Assembly (NCBI RefSeq): GCF_963921235.1
Contig: NC_086097.1
Coordinates: 74,836,001 to 74,896,000 of the forward strand
From: Mobula hypostoma
Lineage: Eukaryota
DNA: 60,000 nt
Direction of reading: 5' to 3'
Made by a program: the position numbers and the translations under genes. The notes beneath the pieces were generated by a model. It was not told the DNA's origin and searched no databases. It saw nothing but the letters and a program-made list of their open reading frames with translations. Numbering within the stretch: the first letter of the stretch is position 1; the number at the start of each line of letters is the position of its first letter. Positions 12,201-25,424 of this stretch are shown here, piece after piece.

Positions 12201-13904
12201 TTCACCTTCCTATCTGTGCTGGAGGAGACTGATTTATCCAATAGTCAGTTGTCCCATCTCTACCTGGTTCGCACTTAATGCTGTAAAGCCATGCATGGTA
12301 GGTTAGCAGAGGAGTGTGGGCATTCGTTTTTATCTCCTTTAGCACACCTGTCTCCTTCCCACCCATTGTGGGGACTCAGTGACAAGCTCATAAGCATTCT
12401 TGTGATAATGTCTTTGCATGTAATAGAGAGCAGAAATTCCTCACTCACTTTGTTGCTTCCTTTTCCCTGTTACAGCTCGCCTGCACCACATCCCACCTCA
12501 GGTTCTGATCTATCCACTGGACTCCTAACAACCCAGCTGTAAGACCAGTCACTGGAGGCACGCACAATATACCACAGCGGATAAAGATTGGATCTTATTG
12601 CAGTGATGATGGATGTCTGAAACATTTCAATCTAATATTGGCTTGGGCATGAGGTGCTAAATTCCCATTTCTGAAGGCAAGTAGATGTGCAAATGTTGAA
12701 ACAGGTGATGGACTTGCTTTGCCCAGATGTAAAGTAATAGTGAAATCAGCAGCTGAAGATGCTTCTGAGTCTTTTGCTGAATCAAGGAGCAATCCCATAG
12801 CACTTCAAGAACCATGGGCAATCCATAGTCTCTCCGAGGGACCTAATTAAGACTTGCTGCTGGTGAGGCACACTACCCAAAGTAAATCTAAATTATCAAG
12901 GAATAATGAAAGAGCCTATTTCATCTAAGTTTCTGGTCTTCCGGGTCGGGCTTGCCTTTGCCAGTATCTGGTTGTGTGGCAAATGCCTACTGCGAACTTA
13001 TTTTCAAATTGGCTTACTTCGTGGGAACTTCTACCTGTTTCTTTTTCTCAGCAGCCAGGTTAAGGAAGCATAATTGTGCAAGGCATTGATGTAGCATTTT
13101 GATACAGTAAATCAGGATATTAAGCAGGTCACAATCAGATTTCATTAGCCCAAATACATTTTGTTTCTCTATGACAGTGTTAAATAGATGACAGGGTGAA
13201 GTCTGGCTATTTTAGAACTCTCCTAATGTTCACTTCCTTTGACTTCAAGATAAATCAGCTTGTCTCCTTTTACTCTGATCTATCCTATCTACCCCAATCT
13301 GCCAGCAGGCTCTTTCTCCCTCTATTAGGTTATTAGGAATTTACAATTATAATGAGAAATACAAACAATAATAAGTATGCATTTACAATAATAAAAAAGA
13401 AAAAAAAAGTCTCCAAACTGCTATTAGAACCAATCCTGTTTACATTTCTGTTCCTGTAACCTCCCAGTGTAAATCCATGAATCCTTTGTAAAACCTCTCA
13501 TATAAAGTACCGAAAAATGCATTGGGTGTTTCAAAAAACGAGCCACATTGAAGGGGCCCAAGATAAAGAGTTGCAGGTGCTGCTAAAACATTGCAGGTTT
13601 CTGCTTAAGCGATCAAACCATCTCAATAGAAGTATCAGACCTCACACTAACTGTGTAATTGTAAACTCTTGCCAGGTTGGATTGATATGGGCTAAAGGTA
13701 CTGTGTGATAGCATTAACCACATGTATGATTAGACTTGAAGTGCTAATTGCAAAATATGGTTCAAAAAATTAACTCATGCACTAAAGTCTTTTTCACATC
13801 TTTTTCCTTTGCCCTGTCCTGAAGCCATGTCTCCTTGGTCGAGTTTGACATCAATGCCACTGGCCATTGCCCTAGCACCTCATCCAAAATGACTGGTCTT
13901 TTGG

Positions 13905-14200
13905 TGGCACTACACAATAGCACACTGAGCAGAGCTGCTGCCCCAGAGCCCCAGCAACCTGGCTCAATACTGAACTCCACTGCTGACTGTGTGGAGTTTC
14001 CATGTTCTCCTTATGACCGCACGGGTTCTCCAGGTGCTACAGTTTGTTCCCACATCCCAAAATAGCTGATTGTAAATTGCCACTAATATATAGGGGAGTG
14101 GTAGAATCTGGAGGGAATTGGTGGGAATGTGGGGAGAATCAAATGGGATTGATGTTAGTTAAATTTAAATGGGTGCTTTTTGATGAGCACTGGACTCATA
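13905..14200 (+). mobile_element. V-SINE (HE1-like tRNA-derived SINE)
   Basis: V-domain core tgtgtggagtttccatgttctcc...gggttctccaggtgct..gttt..cccacatcccaaa. Confidence 0.75.
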
Positions 14201-14713
14201 ATTTATTCCTCCGTAAAGCAGGGGCTTCCAACCTTTTTTATGCCATGGACCCTGGTCAGACCCCATTTGGAGTACAGTGCTCAGTTCTGGTCGCCTCACT
14301 ACAGGAAGCATGAGGAAACCATAGAAAGGGTGCAGAGGAGATTTACAAGGATGTTGCCTGGATTGGGGAGCATGTCTTATGAAACCAGGTTGAGTGAACT
14401 TGGCCTTTTGGACTCTCATGGTGGTGTCTGAAAAGAGGATGCTGTCTAAGTTGCATGCCATCTTGGTCAATGCTTCCCATCCACTACATAATGTACTGGG
14501 TGGGCACAGGAGTACATTCAGCCAGAGACTCATTCCACTGAGATGCAGCACAGAGCGTCATAGGAAGTCATTCCTGCCTGTGGCCATCAAACTTTACAAC
14601 TCCTCCCTTGGAGGGTCAGACACCCTGAGCCAATAGGCTGGTCCTGGATTTACTTCATAATTTACTGGCATAATTTACATATTACTATTTAACTATTTAT
14701 GGTTCTATTACTA

Positions 14714-16158
14714 CAAACCCCATTTCCAGAAAAGTTGGGATATTTTCCAAAATGCAATAAAAACAAAAATCTGTGATATGTTAATTCACGTGAACCTTTA
14801 TTTAACTGACAAAAGTACAAAGAAAAGATTTTCAGTAGTTTTACTGAGCAACTTAATTGTATTTTGTAAACATACACAAATTTAGAATTTGATGGCTGCA
14901 ACACACGCAACAAAAGTTGGGACAGAGGCATGTTTACCATTGTGTTACATCACCTTTCCTTTTAATAACACTTTTTAATCATTTTGAAACTGAGGATACT
15001 AATTGTAGTAGATTTGCAATTGGAAATTTTGTCCATTCTTGCTTGATATAAGACTTCAGCTGCTCAACAGTCCGTGGTCTCCGTTGTCTGATTCTCCTCT
15101 TCATGATGCGCCATACATTTTCAACAGGAGATAGATCTGGACTGGCAGCAGGCCAGTCAAGCACACGCACTCTGTGTCTACAAAGCCACACTGTTGTAGC
15201 CCGTGCAGAATGTGGTCTGGCATTGTCCTGCTGAAATAAGCATGGACGTCCCGGGAAGAGGCGTCGCCTTGATGGCAACATATGTCCCTCTAATATCTTA
15301 ATATATGCCTCAGAGTCAATGGTACCTTCACATACATGCAACTCACCCATGCTGTGGGCACTGATGCACCCCCATACCATCACAGATGCTGGCTTTTGCA
15401 CCTTTCACTAATAACAATCTGGATGGTCGTTTTCATCTTTGGCACGGAGAACTCGACGCCTGTTTTTTCCGAAAACTAGCTGAAATGTGGACTCATCTGA
15501 CCACAGCACATGGTTCCACAGTCTTTCGGTCCATCTGCGATGAGCTCGGGCGCAGAGAGCTCGCTGGCGTTTCTGCATAGAGTTGATGTATGGTTTCCTC
15601 CTTGTGTAATACAGTTTCAAGTTGCATTTCTGGATGCAGTGATGGACTGTGTTGAGTGACAATGGTTTTCTGAAGTACTCCCAAGCCCAGGTGGCTATAA
15701 TTGTCACAGTAGCATGACAGTTTCTTAGGCAGTGCCGCCTGAGGGCCCGAAGATCACGTGCGTTCAACAGTGGTTTCCGACCTTGCCCTTTACGCACTGA
15801 GATGTCTCTGAATTCTCTGAATCTTTTCACAATATTATGTACAGTAGATGTTGAAAGACCTAAATTCTCTGCAATCTTGCGTTGAGAAATGTTCCTTTTG
15901 AACTGATACTTGAATATTCTGTGCACTTTTCAATCTTATTTTAACTCTGTCCCAACTTTTGTTGAGTGTGTTGCAGCCATCAAATTCTAAATTTGTGTAT
16001 ATTTACAAAATACAATTAAGTTGGTCAGTAAAACTATTGAAAATCTTTTCTTTGTACTTTTGTCAGTTAAATAAAGGTTCACGTGAATTAACATATCACA
16101 GATTTTTGTTTTTATTGCATTTTGGAAAATATTCCAACTTTTCTGGAAATGGGGTTTG
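14714..16158 (-). mobile_element. Tc1/mariner DNA transposon, IR-DR type, 1445 bp
   Basis: 214-bp TIRs (14714-14927 and 15945-16158) with 5 mismatches by my alignment; internal direct repeat AAAAGTTGGGA; TA duplication at 14712-14713 and 16159-16160. Confidence 0.97.
14934..15910 (-). pseudogene. Tc1 transposase pseudogene (DD34E)
   Basis: HTH segment SQRKIAENLGLSTSTVHNIVKRF, GRKP, VLWSDES, FQQDNARPH and SPDLSPVENVW with 34 residues between D and E. One frame broken by TAG TGA (about 15405-15410) and TGA (14979-14981); the start is missing. Confidence 0.95.
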
Positions 16159-17499
16159 TATTTATTATTTATGGTGCAACTGTAACGAAAACCAATTTCC
16201 CCTGGGATCAATAAAGTATGACTATGACTATGACTATGATTATGACTATTCTCCTTGGAGCGATGGAGGATGAGAGGTGACCTAATAGAGGTGTATAAGA
16301 TGATAAGAGGCATTGATCGTGTGGATAGTCAGAGGCTTTTCCCAGGGCTGAAATGGCTGCCACAAGAGGGCACAGGTTTAAGGTGCTTGGAAGTAGGCAC
16401 AGAGGAGATGTCAGGGGTAGATTTTTTACGCAGACGTGCAATGGGCTGCCTGCAATGGTGGTGGAGGTGGATACAATAGGGTCTTATAAGAGGCTTTTGG
16501 ATAGGTACATGGAGCTTAGAAAAATAGAGGGCTATGGGTAAACCTAGTAATTTCTAAGGAAGGGCCATGTTCGGCACAACTCTGTGGGCCGAAGGGCCTG
16601 TATTGTGCTGTAGGTTTTCTATGTTTCTATCATTAACTGAGGAGTCCAGGTGTGAATCACTGCTGTAAGGGCACTAAGTAGATCTTTCACTGGATGGGTT
16701 GGGGGGGGGGGGAAGAGAAAGTGAGGGAAAGTTAAACTTATTCTGTCCTCCCAGTGCACTATCTAGCAGGGATTACTGGGTCAGTAAATTAGGAACTGCA
16801 CTGCCTGAATACCAGGCTGCTTGAGATAGAAACAAAACCAACGATGCTGCAGGTTAAACCTCAGTGTTCCTCTTTGCCATATCCAGCCACCCGGTGTAAT
16901 AATTCAATTTTGTATTGTATCAATCCTTGGCAACCACACAAATATTTGTACATGTACCATGAATTATTCAGTGCAGTTGTTCACATCCAAAGACACCATG
17001 TTAAATGTCATTTAGTGGGAAATAATCAAATCAAAGACTGAATCTTACATTTTTGGCAGCTTACATTCAAGAACTTACATCAATGTTGCATTCTCCGCCT
17101 TAATATCTATAATGCCGTATTAAAATTTGATATTGCAATTATCAGTTTTCATGAAAGTTTGTTTACCAACCAAACATTTAATTCTGCAGGTGGAAAATAC
17201 TGTTGGCATAGTTTGGTTGCTGTGAGGGATGAACTAATACATTTTGATTATAGGTATTCAGGTGACGACAGGAGCTGCACACTTCAGCGCACATGCTGTT
17301 ACAAAGGAAGCAGCTGCTTCACAGCTGTAGGATTAGATCCATATACAGTACAAGGCATCTCTGATCTTTAAGTATATGCAAAGAAACTGCTCTGACTCAA
17401 CAACTGTCTTGGTTTACATTAAAGCCTATGTGGCTAAACAAATGAGTTGAAACTTTGGGTCTCATACTGGAATACACTTTCAAATACGAAAAGACATAT

Positions 17500-17803
17500 A
17501 TTTAAGAGTGGGGGAAGTTTAGAGGAGGTATGTGGGGCACCTACCAGACAGTGGTAGGTGCTAGATTAGGCTGCCTGGGAGGTGAGAATAGATATGATAG
17601 CGGTATTTAAGTGGCTATTAAATAGACAAACAAATATGCACAGGATTTGAGGGATATGGATAACATGCAGGCAGAAGAGAATTAGTTCGAGTTGCCATTG
17701 TGTTTAACACAGACATTGTGGGCAGAGGAGAACTAGTTCAATTTGGCTTTGTGTTCAACACAGACACTGTGGACTGAAGGATCTGTCCTGTGCTGTGCTA
17801 TGA
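17500..17803 (+). mobile_element. Old CR1 3' fragment with a ~50-bp internal tandem duplication
   Basis: gagggatatgga...gcaggcaga...cacagacattgtggg..gaagg..ctgt.ctgtgctgt. The unit gagaa.tagttc...aacacagaca.tgtgg occurs at about 17677 and 17728. Confidence 0.7.
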
Positions 17804-18809
17804 TTTTTTTTTCTCCCTGTTAACCCTTTGAGAGCCAGCCACAAGTACGTATGAGAAAATTAATATGTCATTGTCAAAGCTCACCTTGCACATGTTTAGG
17901 GATCAATACTTTTTGAATCCACTGACGACAAAAACTAAATAAGGAAAATCCAGAAGTCAAATTCGGACATTGAAGTTCAGAGTACACATACAAGGAAATA
18001 TTGATGCTGGTCTTGTTAAACCTTATGGGATGGGATAGATATCCTTAATTAATGCAGCTGGCATCTGCAACATCAGAGCACTTTACATCCTCCCTCCTAC
18101 CACAACTTGGCCTAGTATTATGCAGAGACTTGCTTGTGGCGCAGTTTGTTGACTTGGGTCAATGACTAGCAAATCCAAGTTAAATGGCAGTTTTTTTTCC
18201 GCCTGCTGGATTCATCAAATTAATCATTTGACATGAGTTGAATTTCACATGAAGCTATTCTCTGCTTATTTTCAAGAAAAAAAATTGTACTTATCTTCGT
18301 TACATCTGGGATCCTGCGCTTGAGTGGGCTGCAACTATTTTTAGTGTGCTGAAACATTGTTGTGTTTAATTCAAGTACTAAGTTGAGTTCTCAGTAAAAT
18401 CACAGCAAAATCTATGAATGCCCAGAGTGAAATTGTGTTAGGATGGTTTACATCCAAGGACAAGCGCTAAATAGGACATTGCTTTCCTCACAGGTCCTTT
18501 TAATTCCGAGCAACTCTCAAGACAATGCTGCATGATGAAGAAGTAAGATGCATCCTAAAGACAATTCCTGTGGCATGCACAAAGCCATATTACATACTTC
18601 AACTGCCATGGGAGAGTAAGAGGCTGTGGGAGAGTCGTCAGCTCCTTCTATATTCACTCAAAAGGGACATGAATACAACATTAAGGAGTGAGAATTCTCA
18701 AACTCCAGGGTAGGGTGACGTGCACACTAATAGTTACATAGACATAACAAAGATCACCATAGGGAAGTCACTTTAAGTGCGGAGATGAGCTGCTAGTTTC
18801 CTTTAACAG

Positions 18810-19075
18810 TATCTATGTGTGTATTTATGTATGAATTTGATTTATAGATTCTTATGTCTCTGTACCGCTGCCGCAAAATAACGCATTTCACGCCATATGT
18901 CAGTGATAACAAATCCTGATGAAGGATTTGATGAAGAGTCTCAGCCTGGAAAGCAACCTGTTAGTTCATCTCCAGAGATGCTGCCTGACCTGCTGAGTTC
19001 CTCCACCTTTTTATGAGTGTTGCTCTGGACTTCCAGCCTCCAAGAACCTCTTGTGTTCATATAAGTCTGACTCTG
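18810..19075 (+). mobile_element. Rex-type 3' tail followed by a Penelope-type terminal repeat
   Basis: tttcacgccatatgtcagtgataa..cctgat, then agatgctgcctgacctgctgagttcctcca, shared with copies at 25300, 31140, 45027 and 49030. Confidence 0.65.
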
Positions 19076-19084
19076 ACAGAGATG

Positions 19085-20175
19085 TAGCAAGCCTTTTATG
19101 AAACCAGACCACGGATTACTTCAGCCATGTGGTCTAACCAGTGTGGAGAGTGGTGAGGCTTGTTGCTTTCTTCCTCCTGCTCCTCTTGTTCACACTGCTC
19201 TCCAAGGCCTGTCTCACGGCCTCAGTGTCTGCGTTGTCCCACTTCTCTTCCTCAAGTGCAACTACTGTCTTTGATTTACAAGCTTGTGCAACAATGATGA
19301 AATCTCCATACCTGCTTGCTCTGACCATAAAGCATCCCCAAGACAGATCACTGCAACTAAATCTCACGTTCAAGGCAGCAATGCTGTTTTCCATGGTGTC
19401 CTTGATACTTACATGATCCTTGTTATTCGTCACTCAGCTGCTGTGGTTCGAGAAGGCACTGGAAGTGGAGGATAGCCCTTGTCCCTTAGGAACCATTGCT
19501 CCGAGGAGAGATGGCCGCTGAAAACATACGCATTGCAGACTCCTCAGGATGAAAGAGTCATGTGCGATTCCCAGAATGTGACATTCAGCAACAGGAAATA
19601 TGTCTTATGATCCACAACTACCTGCAGACTAGGAGTGGAAACCTTTCCTGTTGATGAAAGAACTGGGTTCCCCATGTGAGCCTACACATGGCTGCACACA
19701 CACATGCGGTGCATGCTGGTGTCTAATAAGATGTCTGCTCCTCAATAAAAACAGTTTTAACAAAACAAAGTGCATGCCTGCTTGCCCCTTCGATGAGGTG
19801 GGGAGCCACAAATTGAGGGACGCAGAAGCAATCTTCTGTGGCTGTTTGGAAAGATCTTAGGATGAAGAAGTTCTCCCTCAAAATGACCCCAACATTCATG
19901 CAGAAAAGTGATCCAAGAGCATGGGCTAATGTTATCCCACAGTACATCACAAATCTCCATGGTGAAAGCCTTGGAAAACTACTCATTCACGGGAAGGTTC
20001 CTGTAGGAAGTGGTGTCTCTGAAATGTCTGAGGGAGGAAGCTTTGCTTCCTATTCTGAGGTGCCACTGCCATGTGAGTGGGCAACCATGACTCTAACACT
20101 GCCTCCAGTGGCAGAGTATTGCCAGTGGTCTTACCACTGGACCACCCATTGCACGAGATACTGGAGGAAGTACCC
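19085..20175 (-). mobile_element. Old coding-like remnant, possibly L1/Tx1 ORF1
   Basis: GC-richer than the flanks. Minus-strand RENFFI..ATEDCFCVPQF loosely resembles Tx1 ORF1. Multiple stops and no MEIS similarity. Confidence 0.3.
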
Positions 20176-21120
20176 TCTCAGTTTAAGCACTCTCTATGGA
20201 GTTTCTAAGGAATCTGAGCAATTTACAATCAGTTCTCAACCAATCAGCTCAGGCTTCCTGATATGGGCATAGTTTCCCCTAAAATATTAAGAAAAGCAAC
20301 AATTGAACCCAATGTGCTCCTAATCTGAGTGAGTCTGCCCCATAGTTGTTGTAACATGAAATAACGAGGTTCAGTTTATGTCACTCTGGGCAAAATGGGA
20401 ATTATAGGAAAATGATATTATTAGTTGCACTATGTTGTCTGGTAACAAAAAGTGCGCTAATATCACTTGTACACAAAATGCCCATTCCAGTTTTGTGATT
20501 GGCACGATTTAACCCACAGGTGATCTCCGATCTGTACCATCCCTTATAAAATCAAATAGTAAAATTAAACCTGCTGGGTAATATTTCCTCTTTCCTATTG
20601 GCTCAGTGATGCAATTCAGCATCCAAGACTGCTCAATCACAATGTGCCCAGTTAGTTATCCTGTAAATGTGTAATGAAATGCCCACAAAGTCTGTGTTTA
20701 ATGGGTTATCAAAAATAAAACTGAAATTAGCAGCATTCACAATGATACAAATAAGCCAACGTTGAAAGCAATGGATTGGAAACTTGATAGATAATAACAC
20801 TTCTTACCCTTTTGTTTACAAACATGCTTTCTCAAAAAACAGTTTTCAAAAATTACTTCTTTACAATACAAGACTAGAAATAATGTTGGATGATATTAAA
20901 AAAAGATTCATTATCTTATGTTCTTGTTAAGTTTGTCATCTAAGCGAGAATGTTTTGCAAGGCCCAGATAATCTTTTGCAAAGCTATCCTTTAACGAGTT
21001 GAACATCTAAAGAAAATGGAGCGCGATGTTCACAGATTACTGAAACGCTTTCTCTTGTACTTTAAACTCTATTTAAATCAGTGTCAAGGAAGTGATATTA
21101 ACTACTGTACAATTTCTTTA

Positions 21121-21315
<195 letters not shown>

Positions 21316-24300
21316 TTACACATCCTACAAATTGCACGTAAAAGTAATCAAATCTGACTCACTCTGATTTAGGATAAGGCAAGCAGATAACATTTCTCAT
21401 TAAAATATGGGGGTGTTATGCAAATAATATTCAATGCAAGGCACCATGTCTCCCAACCCTGTTTTGATAAACTTCACATGAACATGCATGTATCATTAAT
21501 TCAATTATTGCTATGCCTCTGATGGAGAAGTAGCCCTGTGTCAAATATATTTATGTGTAGTTTTAAAGCTCCCATAACAATTTCATTTCAATCTGACTTT
21601 GCTTCCTAAATATATGGGATGAGTTAGGCACAGGTTTTCCAAGTGAAACCACATAATGACTTAAAAGTAAAAAAAAAGGCTCTGCGCATTACAGAGATTT
21701 TGCATAAGGTGTAAGTAACTATGTCATGGTTCACTGCACAGAGAAGACCACAGTTCATCATCACACCCTCCCCCCCATTACATTTGCATGGGATGACACC
21801 CTCTGTCTCCCTGCATCACTGCTTTCTACTCTCATATTTAAGAGAATAAGGTACATTAGGTACATGTATCAAGGCAGGGTGCATTCTTTAAATCAGGAGT
21901 TACCTCTATCCACTCTCACCACTGTTCTGCCTTCCCTTGCATTAATTGTGCATTAGCAAAAATCATTTACTTTTAACAGTCATAGTTATTTTTCTTTACC
22001 CTCAGGCAAAAATGCCTTGAAAGCCTGCCTAGAGGGCATCTAAATTATGTATCTAAAAAAACTCTGCACCAAGGCAATCCTGGTCTCGTACTTTCTTAAA
22101 ATTCATACGTGCTTGTCCTTCTGTTTTTGAGAGGCATCAATCAGAGCACCTATATATATTATATTTCCCCATTAATATTTGAACCAATAACATTAAAAAG
22201 AAAGAAGAAAGAAGGGGCCCAAAGTATAATCAAATGCAAAATAAATGAAGGATACTGAAACAGCATTGGTTTTTTTTTCTCTATTCGACAGCTATGTTTT
22301 CTCTTGCACATCATTAGCCTAAAGCCACACGAAAGAAGAAAACAGAGAAGCGCAGAGTTTATGCTCCCTGCTGATGTTTAAGAAGCTGAGGTCCTGCAAG
22401 GACATCTGGAAATTGCGCTGAGACTGTGGGTTTTGTAATTTAAGAATAGACATTCATTAGCAGTAAATGCCATAAATCCCATGCTAAGTAAAAACCTTGT
22501 TCAGGAAAGCCTAAAACAATAAACTTAGGACTCGGAGTAGCCAGAACCACATAGCTTCCTAAGGAATGCTACAAATGCAGCAGCTAATTCTACTACTGTC
22601 TTTTAGTTATGTGATTACCAGGGTTGGTGGCACTACGCACTCACATTAAACAAGGGCCCGTTCCACGTCAATTTTTGTGCAAATTAACAATTTTTTGTTT
22701 TACCGCTACAGTCACAAAAGCTGAAAAAAACCACAGCAAAGAGTTGGCAGATTAATTTTATTGACATTTCCATTTTCACTGCAATGTGATACCCTCCATC
22801 ATGTCGGGGAGAGGCGACCCCCAGTATTTACAGACTGACAAGTCACTTCATTACAGCCACCCAGCCCCAAGGCAGTGCAGCTCCCTCCATCTGCACAAAT
22901 GTCAGTGCCCAACCCTTTATCTACCACTAACTTTTACTACCTCTCCATGAACGTGAATCATGACGGCGAGCCAAAAAGGTGGAAATAATCATAAAAATGA
23001 TGCTGGACCAGAAACATTCACAGAGCCTCATTACAATTGCCGAGCACAGAGTGGTGGTGATTTACACCCTCTTCCACGATGCCAGGAAGGAATGCTGCAG
23101 GGCAAATTTCCCCAAATGCTAATGGCTTCTGACTGTTCCTTGGCAACTATGGCATTTTAACCTGTGTGTGTATATACTCCAAAACAGAAAGTGGAAATGT
23201 CTTATCATCTGTCCATGTGACACAGATGGAGAATGGCTATTAGGAGTTGGGCACGGGGCCTCAGGGATCTGAGGTGCTGTGCTCTAGCCTACGGCAGTTT
23301 TGGAAAGCTGTGCCTGGGGAGAGGAAAATTCTATGCCGAATAAAAAAGCTGGCATCAGAAGTATGTATTAGACAATGAGATGGGGAAGAAAGGAAAATGA
23401 GCTGGAAAAAAAAAGATTTTCCGGTTTCAATAGTTGCCATTATCAATAGCTATATCTCAAGTGAAACATGTAACAAAATATTAATTAAATACAATTGGAA
23501 TATATCAGATCTCAAATTTTAATATTATGGTAAACATAAGGTTGGAGGCGATAGTTTACTATTTATTTAGTTATGTGTTTTTATTTCTAAAAAGGTATAA
23601 CTCTCTAGACTGGCTTCATTCGTAATAGCAGGGTTAAAATTCTTCATTTTCTTTCTGTATAAAATGTATAACTTTCCTCTTAGTTTGCCTGAAATGGCCA
23701 GTACCTGAACCCTTAATTATTAAGCTCTCTTTCTGTCCTGCTGTGCTGCCTGCTCGAGTGTGTTAAAATTGAATTTTTTCTGTAAGATTTATTTTGAAGT
23801 GACCAGATATTCAGCAGGGCATGGCCTACTGCTCTGGAGTTCAGTGTAACAGCTGCACTTTCTTTTATTGCATGCAACATTTACGAACTGTGTGGGTTTT
23901 CCTATGTTAAAGAGGAGACAGTGACCCATGCCACCTTCTTTACACTCAAAGGAGCACTAAAAATCACTCCTCATGGGCTTTCCCCAGGCTTTTCTGGCCC
24001 AGAACAATCTCCCACCAACACCCACCCACCCCTTGCTCCACTCCTCCAACCCTCCGGGTAACAGCAGGGAGAAAGGCAGGGGGAGGGAAGAGAGAGAAAA
24101 AAGAGAAGGGATTTTATGCTCCTTTCTCCTCAACTTTTCAGGCGGTATAAGCAGCATTTAGTACATTCAACCCCCAAATGGCTCCAAATGCTCTGAGCTG
24201 CAGGAGCTCATCTTTTGTTAGTCTCCCTCTATTTACACAGGATTTGCACAGGGCTCTCCAGTGAAGAGACCACATGTTACTGACAGAAAGCAGCTTCATT

Positions 24301-25299
24301 CACAACACATCAGGCAATGGGGCTGTAGCCATTGCTGCTCTGTGCTTAGGCAGGATTAAGACTCTAGTAACACTGAGCCTAAAGACTCTTGTTAAATGGT
24401 AAACAAAATGTACCGGCTGTTACTTAAAACCAAATTAGGCAGAGATAGATCATAATATAAACATGCAAGGGCTAAAAAAGTAGATTAAGGTATTAGATCT
24501 GTCTTTAAGCTTCACCTTCAGCTTCCAAGAAGCAATGCAATATACCTCACCTACTTATATATGCAAATTCCTTTCTATCTCTTTTTACAGAGTATATTTA
24601 TATCTAGAGAGAGTCAGAATTGTGGCCTCAAAGACACAGAAAAAGTCTGTTATATTAAAGCTGTCCTTGAAATACAGCAAACATTTTCATTTGTCCAGTA
24701 AAAGAAGTCAAGGCAAGCAATAGCTACAATCAATAATGTGACCTGTAAGCAGAAAGGCAGAAAGCTAGGAGCGAGTTGTACCTGCTTGGTACTAAAAACT
24801 TTTCTGCATGCCGTGGTTACCTAACACACATGAATCATGAATACAGTGTATGTACTTTTAGTGTGCTGCCTTCATTTCAATGTTAAAATGTCTCTTCTAG
24901 TTCCACCAGAAGTGGCTTAAGATCTCAACTGTATTAAGCAATTAGAAGTCAAGCACAGAACTGACCTCAGTTCTTATTCAGCGTGAGAAGTGAATGGTAT
25001 TTTAATGGAGGAATATAATTTTTTATAAACTTTGTTAGAAAAGTAATAAATGGCACTCATTCAGAAATTTTTCATATGAATGCTGATAACAGCTGGGTTG
25101 AGTGCACTGATTCCATGCTGGTGTCGCCGACTAAGGCTTTGCGGGGGAAATGGAACATCACGAACAGCGGATGGACGGTTGGAGGCCTTTGCTCTCAGCT
25201 GATCACTCTCTCTTCCTCTTTTTCTTGATGGTGGGGGAGAGTTTGCTGCCAATTCCCAAGTCGGAGAACTTGGATTAAAAGCAACACGGCAGAATATAA

Positions 25300-25424
25300 A
25301 CACGAGGAATTCTGCAGATGCTGGAAATTCAAGCAACACACATCAAAGTTGCTGGTAAACGCAACAGGCCAGGCAGCATCTCTAGGAAAAGGTACGGTCA
25401 ACGTTTTCACCAGCAACTTTGATG
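25300..25424. mobile_element. Penelope-type short hairpin insertion with a 14-bp target-site duplication
   Basis: Internal inverted repeat catcaaagttgctggt (25341) / accagcaactttgatg (ends 25424). Flanks acggcagaatataa (25286-25299) and acggcagaatgtaa (25425-25438). Confidence 0.8.

Larger units (their letters stand above)
14410..16248 (+). mobile_element. Rex1/Babar-like LINE 3' end with its 3' UTR interrupted by a Tc1 element
   Basis: C-terminus ..KLHAILVNASHPLH..RLIPLRCSTERHRKSFLPVAIKLYNSS. The UTR resumes at 16161 and ends in AATAAA plus a (ATGACT)n tail. Confidence 0.85.
14252..16630 (+). mobile_element. 5'-truncated CR1 LINE, interrupted (14252-14409 and about 16249-16630)
   Basis: LVRPHLEYSAQFWSPHYRK..IERVQRRFTRMLPGL..YETRLSELGL joins in register with FSLERWRMRGDLIEVYKM; tail ttctatgtttctat. 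Confidence 0.92.
14219..16662. mobile_element. Short hAT (Charlie/Buster-type) MITE split by nested insertions: left part 14219-14251, right part 16631-16662
   Basis: Left end CAGGGGCTTCCAACC; right end ...ggtgtgaatcaCTG. Flanking 8-mers ccgTAaag (14211-14218) and ctgTAagg (16663-16670) match 6/8 with a central TA. Confidence 0.6.

Noticed and set aside
16217..16248. (ATGACT)n short tandem array
   Set aside because: It is the LINE 3' microsatellite tail with no unique spacers, so not CRISPR-like.
14689..16273. Two near-identical ORFs (14689-14940 minus, 15959-16273 plus) that look like a duplicated gene
   Set aside because: They are translations of the two Tc1 terminal inverted repeats.
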